DNA of 31,595 nt from an uncultured Gemmatimonadota bacterium (GTDB taxonomy: Bacteria > GCA-2686955), in contig CAZFNT010000001.1 in the NCBI GenBank assembly GCA_964520315.1, positions 1 to 31,595 on the forward strand, in the 5' to 3' direction. How positions within the stretch are numbered: position 1 is the first letter of the stretch; each line of letters begins with the position of its first letter. The notes below the pieces were generated by a model. The model saw only the letters and a list, made by a program, of their open reading frames with translations, had not been told where the DNA came from and searched no databases. The translations under genes and the position numbers were made by a program. Of the stretch, positions 8,507-17,818 are shown piece by piece.

Positions 8507-10284
8507 GAACGTCGCTCGACAGGCAGCGTGATCTTGCGAAAGTTCGCCAGTATATATCCGTCCGGATCCGGCTCGAGCGCCGTAACCGTGCCGTCTACGT
8601 CGAAGAGGAATTGTTGCACCGTAGCACTGTCAACGACCGTCGTGAACAGGTCCGGAGAGCCGGAACGATCGAGGCGCAGAGTGATCGGCATGCGGTAAGG
8701 ATTGACTCCGTTCTGCGTCTGCCTGATCTCCAACTCCACCCGCGTCGAGTCGCCCGGCAAAGCCGTCAGATCGACGATATAGTCGTAGCTGGGTCGTCCT
8801 GGCTCGTAGAGCCACGGATCGAAGAACCAGTCCAGATTCTCGCCAGCGACCGTCGCAGACAGTTCGGTGAACTGCGCGGTGACGGCGGAATCGTGAGCAT
8901 AGGTCTCGCCCCAGCTCCGCAAGATCTCGACAGTCGTCTCTCGCCCCACGATCCCTCGCAGCATATGTAGCACCCACGCCCCCTTGTCATAAACCGTGCT
9001 GTTGAAAGTGTAGTCAGGTGCGTAGATCGAGCCGGCGAACGAAGGCCGCGCCGTTGCCTGCATATAGTCCAAGTAGGCGCTTTCACCCTGCAAACCTTCG
9101 ACCCAGATTGCCTCGCCCCAGGTCGCGAACCCCTCGTTCAGCCAGATATCGGCCCAAGTACCACAGGTAACGAGATCGCCCCACCACTGATGCGCGAGCT
9201 CATGCGCGACGATCCAGTCGAAGTAATGCGTGCCCGTGTAGAGGCCCGATCCGTAACTCGTCAGCGTCGCGTGCTCCATTGCTCCGCCCCATGGAAACTC
9301 GGCATGACCGTATTTCTCTTGCGCGTAGGGATAGTCGCCCCACTCCGCCTCGAAGATCGCCAACATGCCCGGAATCACTGTCACGTCCTCGGTCGCTTCC
9401 GCGACGGTTTCCGGCCAAGTGTAGTAGGTCAGCGGCAAGGTCCCACCGGCCAAAAGCTCGTAGGAATCTTCGATCAGCACGAAATCGGTAGCCGTGATCG
9501 CCACGAGATATGAAGGGATCTGGTAGCCGATCGACCAACTGTGCGTGGCGCTTCCGTCGCCGTTGTCGATGATCGATTGCAGCAGACCGTTCGATCCGAC
9601 CGTGAAAAGAGTATCCATAGTGATAGAGATATCGGCGGTCGCCTTGTCGTCGGGACGGTCTTTGCATGGCCACCATGCTCGCGCCTCTTCGGCCTCTGAA
9701 AGTGTCCAGACCACGGGGGGGGTGCGATCCCAGTAGATGCCGAATCCGCCGAATCCTTCGGGGATCGGTGTTCCGTGGTAATGAACAGCGATCGTGGCAA
9801 CCTCGCCAGCGTGAAGGGGCGGGTCGAGGGCAAGGGCGAGGCGATCGCCCGCATGATCGAAGGGTTGAGCACCAAAACCGGTTCTGTCCACCCCGCTCAC
9901 GCTCATGTTGTCGGCGAGATCGAGCTCGATCTCATAAACCGTGGGGCCGACCGGCTCGAAGCTCAGCTCGACCGTGCCATCGATGACTCGATCCGCATTC
10001 CAAGGATCAATGTCGATGTCGAGGACATAATGCAGCACGTCGTAGCTCTCCTGCGAAGGATCGGGCGGCGGGCTCAGGATCGGAAGCTCGGGACGAGGGG
10101 CGAGCGGCACGGATGCGGCGCGGCGAGCATGCGCGGCGCGGACAACGCGGTGGTTGTGGCGGATACGGCGTGCCCACTCGGTGTCGGCGGGGCGACGCGG
10201 CGCGTTCCCATCGACGTAGGCCGCGGCGGAAGGGGTCGCGATCACCGAACCGAGCAGGAGCGCGAAAAAGCTAGGAGAACGCAC
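8422..10284 (-). CDS. Secreted M1 family zinc aminopeptidase (C-terminus possibly truncated)
   Basis: Motifs GGAMEH, HELAHQWWGD-X-WLNEGFA (HEXXH-X18-E) and YDKGAWVLHMLR. A signal-peptide-like start at GTG 10284 follows GGAG. Confidence 0.9.
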   Translation of the reverse strand: MRSPSFFALLLGSVIATPSAAAYVDGNAPRRPADTEWARRIRHNHRVVRAAHARRAASVPLAPRPELPILSPPPDPSQESYDVLHYVLDIDIDPWNADRVIDGTVELSFEPVGPTVYEIELDLADNMSVSGVDRTGFGAQPFDHAGDRLALALDPPLHAGEVATIAVHYHGTPIPEGFGGFGIYWDRTPPVVWTLSEAEEARAWWPCKDRPDDKATADISITMDTLFTVGSNGLLQSIIDNGDGSATHSWSIGYQIPSYLVAITATDFVLIEDSYELLAGGTLPLTYYTWPETVAEATEDVTVIPGMLAIFEAEWGDYPYAQEKYGHAEFPWGGAMEHATLTSYGSGLYTGTHYFDWIVAHELAHQWWGDLVTCGTWADIWLNEGFATWGEAIWVEGLQGESAYLDYMQATARPSFAGSIYAPDYTFNSTVYDKGAWVLHMLRGIVGRETTVEILRSWGETYAHDSAVTAQFTELSATVAGENLDWFFDPWLYEPGRPSYDYIVDLTALPGDSTRVELEIRQTQNGVNPYRMPITLRLDRSGSPDLFTTVVDSATVQQFLFDVDGTVTALEPDPDGYILANFRKITLPVERRSQLFSPDSREPRTHHRAANARLARSIFR

Positions 10285-10787
10285 GTGTGACTCCGGGGCG
10301 TGGGGGATCGAGGCCGACGGCACCAGAGTTACATCGTTTCGATCGGGGCTCAAGAGGGCTCCGGCGCCCGGACACAGAAATGAAACCACCGGGGACAGCA
10401 CACTGGCAAGCGGACCTCCGTCTTTCAGAGCCAGGCAAACCCCGCCGCTCCGCTCGGGCCGAACTTTCCGCACTTTTTGCGCTAGAAGCGACCGTGCTGG
10501 GCGCGTCTCACATCAGCTGTACGCGAAGACTAACCAGATATGAAATCCGGCACTGGCGTAGGAGTGACCGCGCGCGCCCGGATCAGGTAGGCCGCGACCG
10601 CCCCCAGCACCAGGACCGAGCCTCGCTCAATGGGGAGATTCACCGGGCTTGGTCCAAGTACGACTGGTAGGTCTCCCGGAACGTCTTTCGCAGCGATTTC
10701 GAGCAATCGGTGGACCAAAACGGTCTTGCCGGTGCGCGCTTCCCGTCGAGGGGGTGGACCGGGTCGACGCGTGGGTGCGCTCCCTTT

Positions 10788-10816
10788 TTGACAACCCGCT
10801 CGGGCGCTGCTATATG
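10788..10816 (+). promoter_or_regulatory. Sigma70-type promoter for the phoH operon
   Basis: TTGACA (10788-10793), a 17 bp spacer, then TATATG (10811-10816) preceded by TGn (extended -10). Confidence 0.7.
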
Positions 10817-10948
10817 TACCCGTATAGAATAGAAGGCGGATCTGCAGAGCCGCAAGAGGGGGGGCATTGAAGAATGAGAATCGACGAGAACGACATGGGA
10901 TCCAAGAGAACTCCAGAAGAGAGCCAACCCTGACCCCGGACTACTTCA

Positions 10949-11995
10949 GTGGGTAGGAACCAGAACGCGCCGGAGCTGAAAGACGCCGCCGACTCGACGC
11001 CGCGAATCGCGCGCATACGGTTGGACTCGGTGCCGCCGATCGAGCTGCTCGGTAGCCGCGACATCTACCTGAAGCAAATCGACGCGGAGTTCGAGGCCAA
11101 TATCTCAGCGCGGGGCAACGAGATACTGGTTCAGGGCGAGGGTGACGAGGTGGCCGAGGTCCACGCCGTGGTAGAGCACCTCGTTGAGCTGATCTCGGCC
11201 GGAACTCCCCTTTCGCGCCAGCGGGTGCGCTATGCGATCGAGATGATCCGCGACCGCCGGACGCCCGAGCTTTCGAGGCTGGTCGACGGGTCGGAACCCC
11301 TGCGCCCCACGGCGGGCACGCGCACCGTCGTCCCAAAGACGGTCACGCAGCAGGCCTACGTCGAGGCGATCCGCTCCCATGATGTCTCGCTGGCTATTGG
11401 CCCAGCCGGCACGGGAAAGACCTATTTGGCAGTGGCTTGCGCGGTCGAGGCCTTGACGCGCGGCGAGGTGGAGCGGATCATTCTGACCCGGCCGGCGGTC
11501 GAGGCCGGTGAGTCGCTGGGCTACCTGCCGGGCGATCTTCGAGACAAGGTCGATCCCTATCTGCGCCCTCTCTACGATGCGCTGGGCGACATGATGCAGC
11601 CCGATCGGGTCAATCGTCTTATGGAGAACGGAACGATCGAGGTGGTTCCCCTGGCCTATATGAGGGGGCGGACCTTGAATCGCTGCTTCATCATCCTCGA
11701 TGAGGGACAGAACGCCACGCGGTTGCAGATCAAGATGTTCCTGACGCGCCTGGGCAATCGGGCGAAGGCGGTGCTCACCGGCGACGTGACTCAGGTCGAC
11801 CTCGACGATCGAAGCAAGTCGGGCTTGATTCACGCGCGCAAGATCCTCTCCGATATACCAGGTATAGCCGTAGTGGAGTTCGGTGAATCCGATGTGGTTC
11901 GCCACGCGCTGGTGCGCAAGATCCTCGTGGCCTACGATCGTGATGGACAAAGCGAGAACGCCGAGTTCTCGGGGCTGACCGAGTTCGATGACTGA
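10949..11995 (+). CDS. phoH: PhoH family ATPase
   Basis: Motifs [48 protein letters not shown] and GDVTQVDL. Confidence 0.95.
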   Translation: MGRNQNAPELKDAADSTPRIARIRLDSVPPIELLGSRDIYLKQIDAEFEANISARGNEILVQGEGDEVAEVHAVVEHLVELISAGTPLSRQRVRYAIEMIRDRRTPELSRLVDGSEPLRPTAGTRTVVPKTVTQQAYVEAIRSHDVSLAIGPAGTGKTYLAVACAVEALTRGEVERIILTRPAVEAGESLGYLPGDLRDKVDPYLRPLYDALGDMMQPDRVNRLMENGTIEVVPLAYMRGRTLNRCFIILDEGQNATRLQIKMFLTRLGNRAKAVLTGDVTQVDLDDRSKSGLIHARKILSDIPGIAVVEFGESDVVRHALVRKILVAYDRDGQSENAEFSGLTEFDD

Positions 11996-12025
11996 GAGAT
12001 CTGGACCGGGGATGAGATTCACCGC

Positions 12026-14305
12026 ATGACAAGCCGCTCGAAACCGCCAAGACCCCGGCGGCGGGCGAGAGGTGCCGTGCGCGCCGATTCGCCCGTCGCA
12101 ACGCGGACTGTTTGGGCGTCCTTTGGAATCGCCCTTGTCGTCGTTGCCCTGTTGGTGGCGGCCCATCCTCACACCGGAGCCGTTCAGGTACACCCGCTCT
12201 TCGCCGCGGGCGAGGTTTCCGATCGAGAAGTGATCGCTACCCTGGACTTCGTTGTCGAACGGGACGCTCAGACAATGGCCGCCGAGCGCCGGGCCGCGAG
12301 ATCGGCCGCGCCGGTTGTTCTGGTGCACCGAGAGAGCGTCGAGATCGAACGTCGCGCTGTTCTCGATGCCTTCTACGACGATCTCGACGGTGGGCAATCC
12401 GATGCTTTGGAGCTCTCTCGCAGGTGGAGCTTCGGGCTCTCGGGCGAGGAGCTCGCGAGATTCTCCGGCCCGTCTTCCAGCGCCAAACGCCTGCGCCGGC
12501 AAGTGGATCGACTCGTCGAGAGGCTCTTCGATCATGGCGTTGCCGATGCGCATTTCGATCGGGCCGATCGCCCGGCGGTGATTCAGCGCGCCGGCAGAGA
12601 GATGGCGGTCGATGGGGCCGAGGTGATCCGCGCGGATCGGTGGGTCAACGAGGTCGCCAATTGGGTCGCTCAGCTGACATCCGATCCGGATGAGCAGCAC
12701 CTGGTCGCCACGTTGGTCAGTGCGATCGTCGAGCCGAATCTGATCTTGGACGAGGAGGAATCGGGTCGGCGGGCTCGCGCGGCGGAGGCAGAGATCTCGA
12801 GGACCATAGCCGGGGTGCGGCGGGGCGAGAGGATCGTGCGGGCTCACGAAGTCGTGACATCTTTGCAGGCAAAGAAGCTGATCGCCTTTCGCAACGCGAC
12901 CACGGGACCATCGGCGTCGGCGGCACTACTGGACCGACTGCATGGGATCTTGGTTCACGCCGGGGTGTTCGCTCTGCTCATCTCATGCGTCGGGGCGTAT
13001 GTTTGGCGCTATCGGCCCGATATCGCGGAAGATCTGAAGAAGGAGATCCTGGTAGGAATACTGATTCTCATCGCTGCGCTGCCATCCGCCACCGTAGTCG
13101 CCGCGGGATTCCTCGAAGATGTGGCGGCACCCGTGATGATCGGCGCGGTGTTGGCGACTATTCTCTTGGATGCGCACGTGGCGATTGTGCTGGCGGTGGT
13201 CACGGTTTTCGTGGTCGCGTCGTACAGCGCGGGCTCGGCGCTTTTCTCTCTGACGGCGCTCATCGTCTCTCTCGCGACGATATTCGCTCTCGAGAATATT
13301 CGTAAGCGATCCTCTTACTATCGATCCATACTCGCCGTTATCGGTGTCGGCGTCGTGACGGTCGTTTTCGCGGATCAGGTGTACGGAGTGGCTCTGGAGC
13401 GGACTTTCGAGCGTGTCATCGGCCAGAGCGGGGCGATTCTGATCTCTTTCATGGTCTCGCTCTTCCTGCTGCCGGCGTTCGAACGCTTCTTCGGGCTGAC
13501 AACCGATTTGACGCTGAATGAATACTCCGATCTCAACCACCCCCTTCTGAGACAGCTCGCTGTTCGCGCGCCGGGCTCGTTCCATCACTCGATGATGATG
13601 GCCAATCTGGCCGAGGCGGCCGCGACGAGCATCGACGCGAACCCGCTGCTTGCCCGAGTCGGGGCTTACTATCACGATGTCGGAAAGATGTCGAAATCGG
13701 AGTACTTCATCGAGAATCAGTTTGGATCTGTGAACAAACACGATCAGCTCGCCCCCTCGATGTCGGTCTTGGTGATACAGAACCACATCAAAGAGGGCAT
13801 CGAGATGGCGAAGCAGAATAGGCTGCCACAGGCGATTATCGACTTCATCCCGGAGCACCACGGAACGAGTGTCATCTCCTATTTTTACAACAAGGCGGTT
13901 TCCGCGACATCTCTCGGTGAGGTTCGCATGGACGACTACCGTTATCCTGGCCCCAAGCCCCACAGCCGCGAAACCGCGATCGTGATGATCGCCGACACGG
14001 TCGAGGCGGCGTCTCGCTCTCTCGACGACCCGACTCCGCTGAAGCTGGGGCAGATGGTCCAGAAAAGCATCCGCGACAAGTTCTTGAATGGGCAGCTCGA
14101 CAACTCCGGTCTCACACTCGATGACTTGCGGCGGATCGGTGAGGCCTTCTCACCGATTCTCAACGGCGCATTCCATCAGAGAGTCGCCTACCCCGAGACC
14201 GAAGAGCAGAGGATGAAGGAACCGAGCCGCGCGCCTTCGAAGCGTGGCCAGGACCGCCGCGGCGGCGAGGACGACTCCGATATGGCGGAGCGAGGCGTGT
14301 CTTGA
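12026..14305 (+). CDS. 7TM-HD family phosphohydrolase (PgpH/YqfF-like)
   Basis: An N-terminal TM and extracytoplasmic region, a multi-TM block, then an HD domain (APGSFHHS, AYYHDVGK, EHHGT, YPGPKP, IADTVEAASR). It sits in the conserved phoH-HD-ybeY context. Confidence 0.9.
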   Translation: MTSRSKPPRPRRRARGAVRADSPVATRTVWASFGIALVVVALLVAAHPHTGAVQVHPLFAAGEVSDREVIATLDFVVERDAQTMAAERRAARSAAPVVLVHRESVEIERRAVLDAFYDDLDGGQSDALELSRRWSFGLSGEELARFSGPSSSAKRLRRQVDRLVERLFDHGVADAHFDRADRPAVIQRAGREMAVDGAEVIRADRWVNEVANWVAQLTSDPDEQHLVATLVSAIVEPNLILDEEESGRRARAAEAEISRTIAGVRRGERIVRAHEVVTSLQAKKLIAFRNATTGPSASAALLDRLHGILVHAGVFALLISCVGAYVWRYRPDIAEDLKKEILVGILILIAALPSATVVAAGFLEDVAAPVMIGAVLATILLDAHVAIVLAVVTVFVVASYSAGSALFSLTALIVSLATIFALENIRKRSSYYRSILAVIGVGVVTVVFADQVYGVALERTFERVIGQSGAILISFMVSLFLLPAFERFFGLTTDLTLNEYSDLNHPLLRQLAVRAPGSFHHSMMMANLAEAAATSIDANPLLARVGAYYHDVGKMSKSEYFIENQFGSVNKHDQLAPSMSVLVIQNHIKEGIEMAKQNRLPQAIIDFIPEHHGTSVISYFYNKAVSATSLGEVRMDDYRYPGPKPHSRETAIVMIADTVEAASRSLDDPTPLKLGQMVQKSIRDKFLNGQLDNSGLTLDDLRRIGEAFSPILNGAFHQRVAYPETEEQRMKEPSRAPSKRGQDRRGGEDDSDMAERGVS

Positions 14306-14754
14306 TGGCGATCCACTTGGCCTCAGATGCAAGTGTAAGCGGCGATGAGATCGACACGCGAGATGTGGAGCGCGCTCTGGATCTCGTGATTTCGGGTGAG
14401 AAGGGGGATTGCGAGTTCACGATCGATGTCGTTCTCGGAAGCGACGACCTGCTCACCCGCCTCAACGACACCTATCGCGGAAAGAAAGGCACGACAGACG
14501 TTCTTTCATTCCCCTTGATGAACGGAGCGCGTGCCCCGGACGATACGTTGCTGGGTGAAATATACGTATCGTTGCACAGGGCCGCCGAGCAGGCTCGAAA
14601 TGCCGGCACATCGCTCGATGCGGAGCTCGCGCGCCTGGTGATTCACGGCGCGCTGCATTTGCTCGGCTACGACCATATGCGAAGCGAAGATGCTCTGATC
14701 ATGGAGCCGCTGGAGAGCCGCTACCGGGACGTTTGGAGGAACGGGGCACAGTGA
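14305..14754 (+). CDS. ybeY: rRNA maturation RNase YbeY
   Basis: Motifs YRGKKGTTDVLSFP, LGEIYVS and HGALHLLGYDH (H-X3-H-X5-H). The ATG overlaps the upstream TGA. Confidence 0.93.
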   Translation: MAIHLASDASVSGDEIDTRDVERALDLVISGEKGDCEFTIDVVLGSDDLLTRLNDTYRGKKGTTDVLSFPLMNGARAPDDTLLGEIYVSLHRAAEQARNAGTSLDAELARLVIHGALHLLGYDHMRSEDALIMEPLESRYRDVWRNGAQ

Positions 14755-16055
14755 CGGAGATTGCTTCACTTCTGTTCAGCGCATGCGCGGTTGTCGTTCT
14801 GCTCGGGCTGAGCGCGATCTTCAGTGGATCCGAGACAGCGATCATCTCTTTGTCGTCTTCCGATGTGGATCGTCTTCCCGACGGGGAAGGAGCGCGCGGT
14901 AGGGCGGTAGCGGAGTTGCGACGCGACCCCACCCGCTTTCTGGTGGGCGTGCTTCTGGGCAACACACTGGTCAACGTGGCGGCCTCGTCGGTTGCCGTTG
15001 GGCTTGCTTTGGCGGCCTGTGAGCTGGGCGATTTGCCTCTGTGGGTCGGTGTCGTGACTACGGTCGTCATGATGCCGCTTGTGTTGCTAGTAGTCGGTGA
15101 AGTCACCCCGAAATCGATGGCGTTCTCGAACGCGCGCCGCTTCGCCCTGAAGACCGCCTTCTTTGTTCACGCCTTTTTCCGGATCTGCTCGCCGCTGATC
15201 GGGGTACTCCATCGACTGACCAGGCTCGGGAGGCTGATCGGCGGCCCCAGCGCGATGTCGTCGCCGGAAGAGATCCGCACGCTTCTCAAGGTCAGCGACG
15301 AAGAAGGGCTCATCGATTCCGACGAGCGTGAGCTGATCGACTCGGCGGTCGAGCTTTCGGAGACTCTCACTCGAGAGATCATGGTTCCCCGCCCCGACAT
15401 GAAGGCGCTCGATGTGAGCGCTTCCCACGCCGAAGCGCTCGACATGATAGACGACTTTCGCCTCTCTCGCCTGCCGGTATATCGAGATAGCGTTGATCAG
15501 ATCATCGGTGTATTGCACGCCAAGGACTTGCTTCAGTTCATTCACAAGGAAGAGGAGTTCGTGCTCGAGGGGGCGATCCGTCGAGCCCATTTTGTGCCGG
15601 AGGCGATGAGCATCATCGACCTGCTGCAAGCCATGAAGGGCTGGAGCTCGCAGATGGCCGTCGTCGTGGATGAGTACGGAGGTACATCGGGGTTGGTCAC
15701 GCTCGAAGACATAGTGGAGGAGCTCGTAGGCGAGATCTGGGACGAACACGACGAAGAAGAGACGCTGCACGAGCGACTCGGCGACGGAACGATCATTGCC
15801 GATGGGCGGATGAGCGTGAACGATCTCTCGGAGCTGGTGGGTGTCGACCTCGAGGGAGAAACCTACGACACTGTCGGAGGGTTGATTCTCGATCGGATCG
15901 GGGACATTCCCAAAGCCGGGCGAATTCTGAACGAGCGAGGCATCACACTCTCGGTAGAGAAGGTGGTGCGGAACCGGATCAGGCGGGTACGAGTCACAGT
16001 GCCCGAGAGCGGCGACGTCGTCGATTCACGGAAGACCGAAGGGGGTGCACCGTGA
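14751..16055 (+). CDS. CNNM/DUF21-CBS-CorC_HlyC family transporter (hemolysin family), copy 1
   Basis: Motifs FSGSETA, LLGNTLVN, GEVTPK, REIMVPR, SRLPVY, VVDEYGGTSGLVTLEDIVEELVGEI and a CorC tail. The GTG at 14751 overlaps the ybeY stop. Confidence 0.9.
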   Translation: MTEIASLLFSACAVVVLLGLSAIFSGSETAIISLSSSDVDRLPDGEGARGRAVAELRRDPTRFLVGVLLGNTLVNVAASSVAVGLALAACELGDLPLWVGVVTTVVMMPLVLLVVGEVTPKSMAFSNARRFALKTAFFVHAFFRICSPLIGVLHRLTRLGRLIGGPSAMSSPEEIRTLLKVSDEEGLIDSDERELIDSAVELSETLTREIMVPRPDMKALDVSASHAEALDMIDDFRLSRLPVYRDSVDQIIGVLHAKDLLQFIHKEEEFVLEGAIRRAHFVPEAMSIIDLLQAMKGWSSQMAVVVDEYGGTSGLVTLEDIVEELVGEIWDEHDEEETLHERLGDGTIIADGRMSVNDLSELVGVDLEGETYDTVGGLILDRIGDIPKAGRILNERGITLSVEKVVRNRIRRVRVTVPESGDVVDSRKTEGGAP

Positions 16056-17305
16056 TCGTGGCGGCGTTGATCGCGCTGGCTTTCGCGTGCTCGTTCTTCT
16101 TTGCCGGCACCGAGACGGCGTTCACCACGCTCAACCGGCTGCGGATCCGGACATGGTCCGAGGGGCAAGGACATCGCGCCGAAGCCGCTCGGTCGGTCGA
16201 GGTATTCACGGCCGAGCCCGATCGTTTCCTTACGACGACTCTGGTCGGCAACAACATCGCGATCGTTGCGGCGACCGCGCTCGTGGGCTTTCTTCTGGAG
16301 CGGAAGCTCGCGGGCGGAGAGCTCGATGGCGTGATCGACGCGCTGAACGTGCTCCTTGTGACTCCTGCGTTGCTTGTCTTCGCGGAGATCATCCCCAAGT
16401 CGCTGGCTCGACGTTACCCGAACCGCACCGCGCTGATCGCGATCAGGCCCCTGCGCGCCGCCCACTGGGTGCTGCGGCCGATTGCCTGGATCGTGGGGCG
16501 CATCTCTGGGCGCGTTCAGAGCACCTTTCGCCTTCCGAGCGGAACGGCGCGTTTCGCGCTGCGGCGCGAAGATGTGCTCGATCTCTTGCGAGGCCCGGAA
16601 GAGGATGGGGCACCCGACGAAGAAGACAAGATCATCTCGGGGATCCTCGATTTCGGCAGCACGACGGTGCGAGAAGCCTGGACGCCGCGAACGCGAATGG
16701 TCTGCCTCGACGTCGATTCGGCGGAGGAGGAGATCCTGGAAGTGATCTCAAGCGGCCGATTCTCGCGCATTCCGGTCTTCAAAGACGACGTCGACCATAT
16801 GATCGGAGTAGTGCACGCGCGCGACATCTTGCTCGCTTCGAGAAAAGGCCCGATTCGACTGGAATCCCATCTGCGTTCCGTTCTCTACGTCCCTGAGCAG
16901 AAGAAGGCGGACGAGCTGCTCGAAGAGCTAAGAGGGCGAAAGGAGCATCTCGCCGTGGTCCTCGACGAGCACGGGGGCACCGAGGGGATCGTGACACTCG
17001 AAGATCTGCTGGAGCTCCTGGTCGGCGACATTCGAGACGAGCACGATGCGCCCGACGATCTTCTGCGCCCGATCGATGAGCGGGCGTGGACCGCGAGCGG
17101 CCAGATCGAACTCGATGATCTGGAAGATCGAGTCGGACTCGAGCTTCCGGAAGGGCAGTACGAGACCCTCGGCGGCTACGTCATCGACACGATGGGCCGC
17201 ATACCTCGCAAGGGTGAGGTCGTGCTGGCGCCGGGCGCGCGAATCACCGTGCTCAAGGCTTCGGATCGGGCGGTTCAGTTGCTGAGGGTCGATCTGCTGG
17301 ATTGA
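16052..17305 (+). CDS. CNNM/DUF21-CBS-CorC_HlyC family transporter, copy 2
   Basis: Motifs FFAGTETA, LVGNNIA, FAEIIPK, RFSRIPVF and LDEHGGTEGIVTLEDLLELLVGDIRDE. GTGA overlap with copy 1. Confidence 0.9.
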   Translation: MIVAALIALAFACSFFFAGTETAFTTLNRLRIRTWSEGQGHRAEAARSVEVFTAEPDRFLTTTLVGNNIAIVAATALVGFLLERKLAGGELDGVIDALNVLLVTPALLVFAEIIPKSLARRYPNRTALIAIRPLRAAHWVLRPIAWIVGRISGRVQSTFRLPSGTARFALRREDVLDLLRGPEEDGAPDEEDKIISGILDFGSTTVREAWTPRTRMVCLDVDSAEEEILEVISSGRFSRIPVFKDDVDHMIGVVHARDILLASRKGPIRLESHLRSVLYVPEQKKADELLEELRGRKEHLAVVLDEHGGTEGIVTLEDLLELLVGDIRDEHDAPDDLLRPIDERAWTASGQIELDDLEDRVGLELPEGQYETLGGYVIDTMGRIPRKGEVVLAPGARITVLKASDRAVQLLRVDLLD

Positions 17306-17564
17306 GCGAAGCCCTCAACGGAAATCGTTCCGGATGCTCGATGCACTCCAAACTCAGATCGATGTCGAGATCGGGCCAGTAGTAGTGGCCCTTCGTCGGC
17401 TCTTCGACGTTGAGGATTCTCCCGACCGGTTCCTCTTTGAACCGCGGGAAGTCGCTGTACGGTACAAAGAGCTCCTTCTCGGACGTGAGCAGCCAGATGC
17501 TATGCGCGGAGATATTCGTGACCTCAAGATCCGAAATGCTGCCGCCACGCGCGGAGGATCTCAT
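17253..17564 (-). CDS. DUF2442 family protein (putative antitoxin); reads through into the antisense strand of the upstream CNNM gene
   Basis: Motifs EVTNIS.H.IWLL, ELFVPYSDFP.F, HYYWPDLDIDLS and IEHPERFPL. Confidence 0.75.
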   Translation of the reverse strand: MRSSARGGSISDLEVTNISAHSIWLLTSEKELFVPYSDFPRFKEEPVGRILNVEEPTKGHYYWPDLDIDLSLECIEHPERFPLRASLNPADRPSATEPPDPKP

Positions 17565-17706
17565 CTTCGTGTTCCTCTATCAGAACTTCGCCTCTCCGTC
17601 GCTCCGTCGCTCCGTCGCTGCAATGGACGTGAATATGTAGTCTCGCCTCTTCTCGGGAGAAGAAGAAGAACCGGAAGCCTCTTTTTCGAAACACTGTTGG
17701 ACTCAT
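17524..17706 (-). pseudogene. DUF4160 family protein (putative toxin), disrupted by a repeat expansion and an internal deletion
   Basis: Reads MSPTVFRKRGFRFFFFSREEARLHIHVHCSDG...LIEEHEDEILRAWRQHFGS after a strong RBS. The conserved GEAKF(W) segment is present only out of frame and the following helix is missing. Confidence 0.75.
17594..17619. repeat. 8-bp tandem repeat (CTCCGTCG x3 plus CT)
   Basis: Read directly: ctccgtcg at 17594, 17602 and 17610, inside the DUF4160 ORF. Confidence 0.9.
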
Positions 17707-17818
17707 CTTCTCCTCTTCCTCCAAAGTCTATCACGCATTCGCGATGGCGAGAGGGAGCGCCGCAGAGCGTCGGCACCGAACACCACCACGGCGAACATCC
17801 AGCGTAAGCTCTCACCCC

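Noticed and set aside
11105-12847. Long antisense ORFs (e.g. 580 aa at 11105-12847, 370 aa at 1824-2936, 326 aa at 12983-13963, 314 aa at 23795-24739)
   Set aside because: These are shadow ORFs opposite or overlapping well-supported genes. They are expected at high GC and carry no family motifs.
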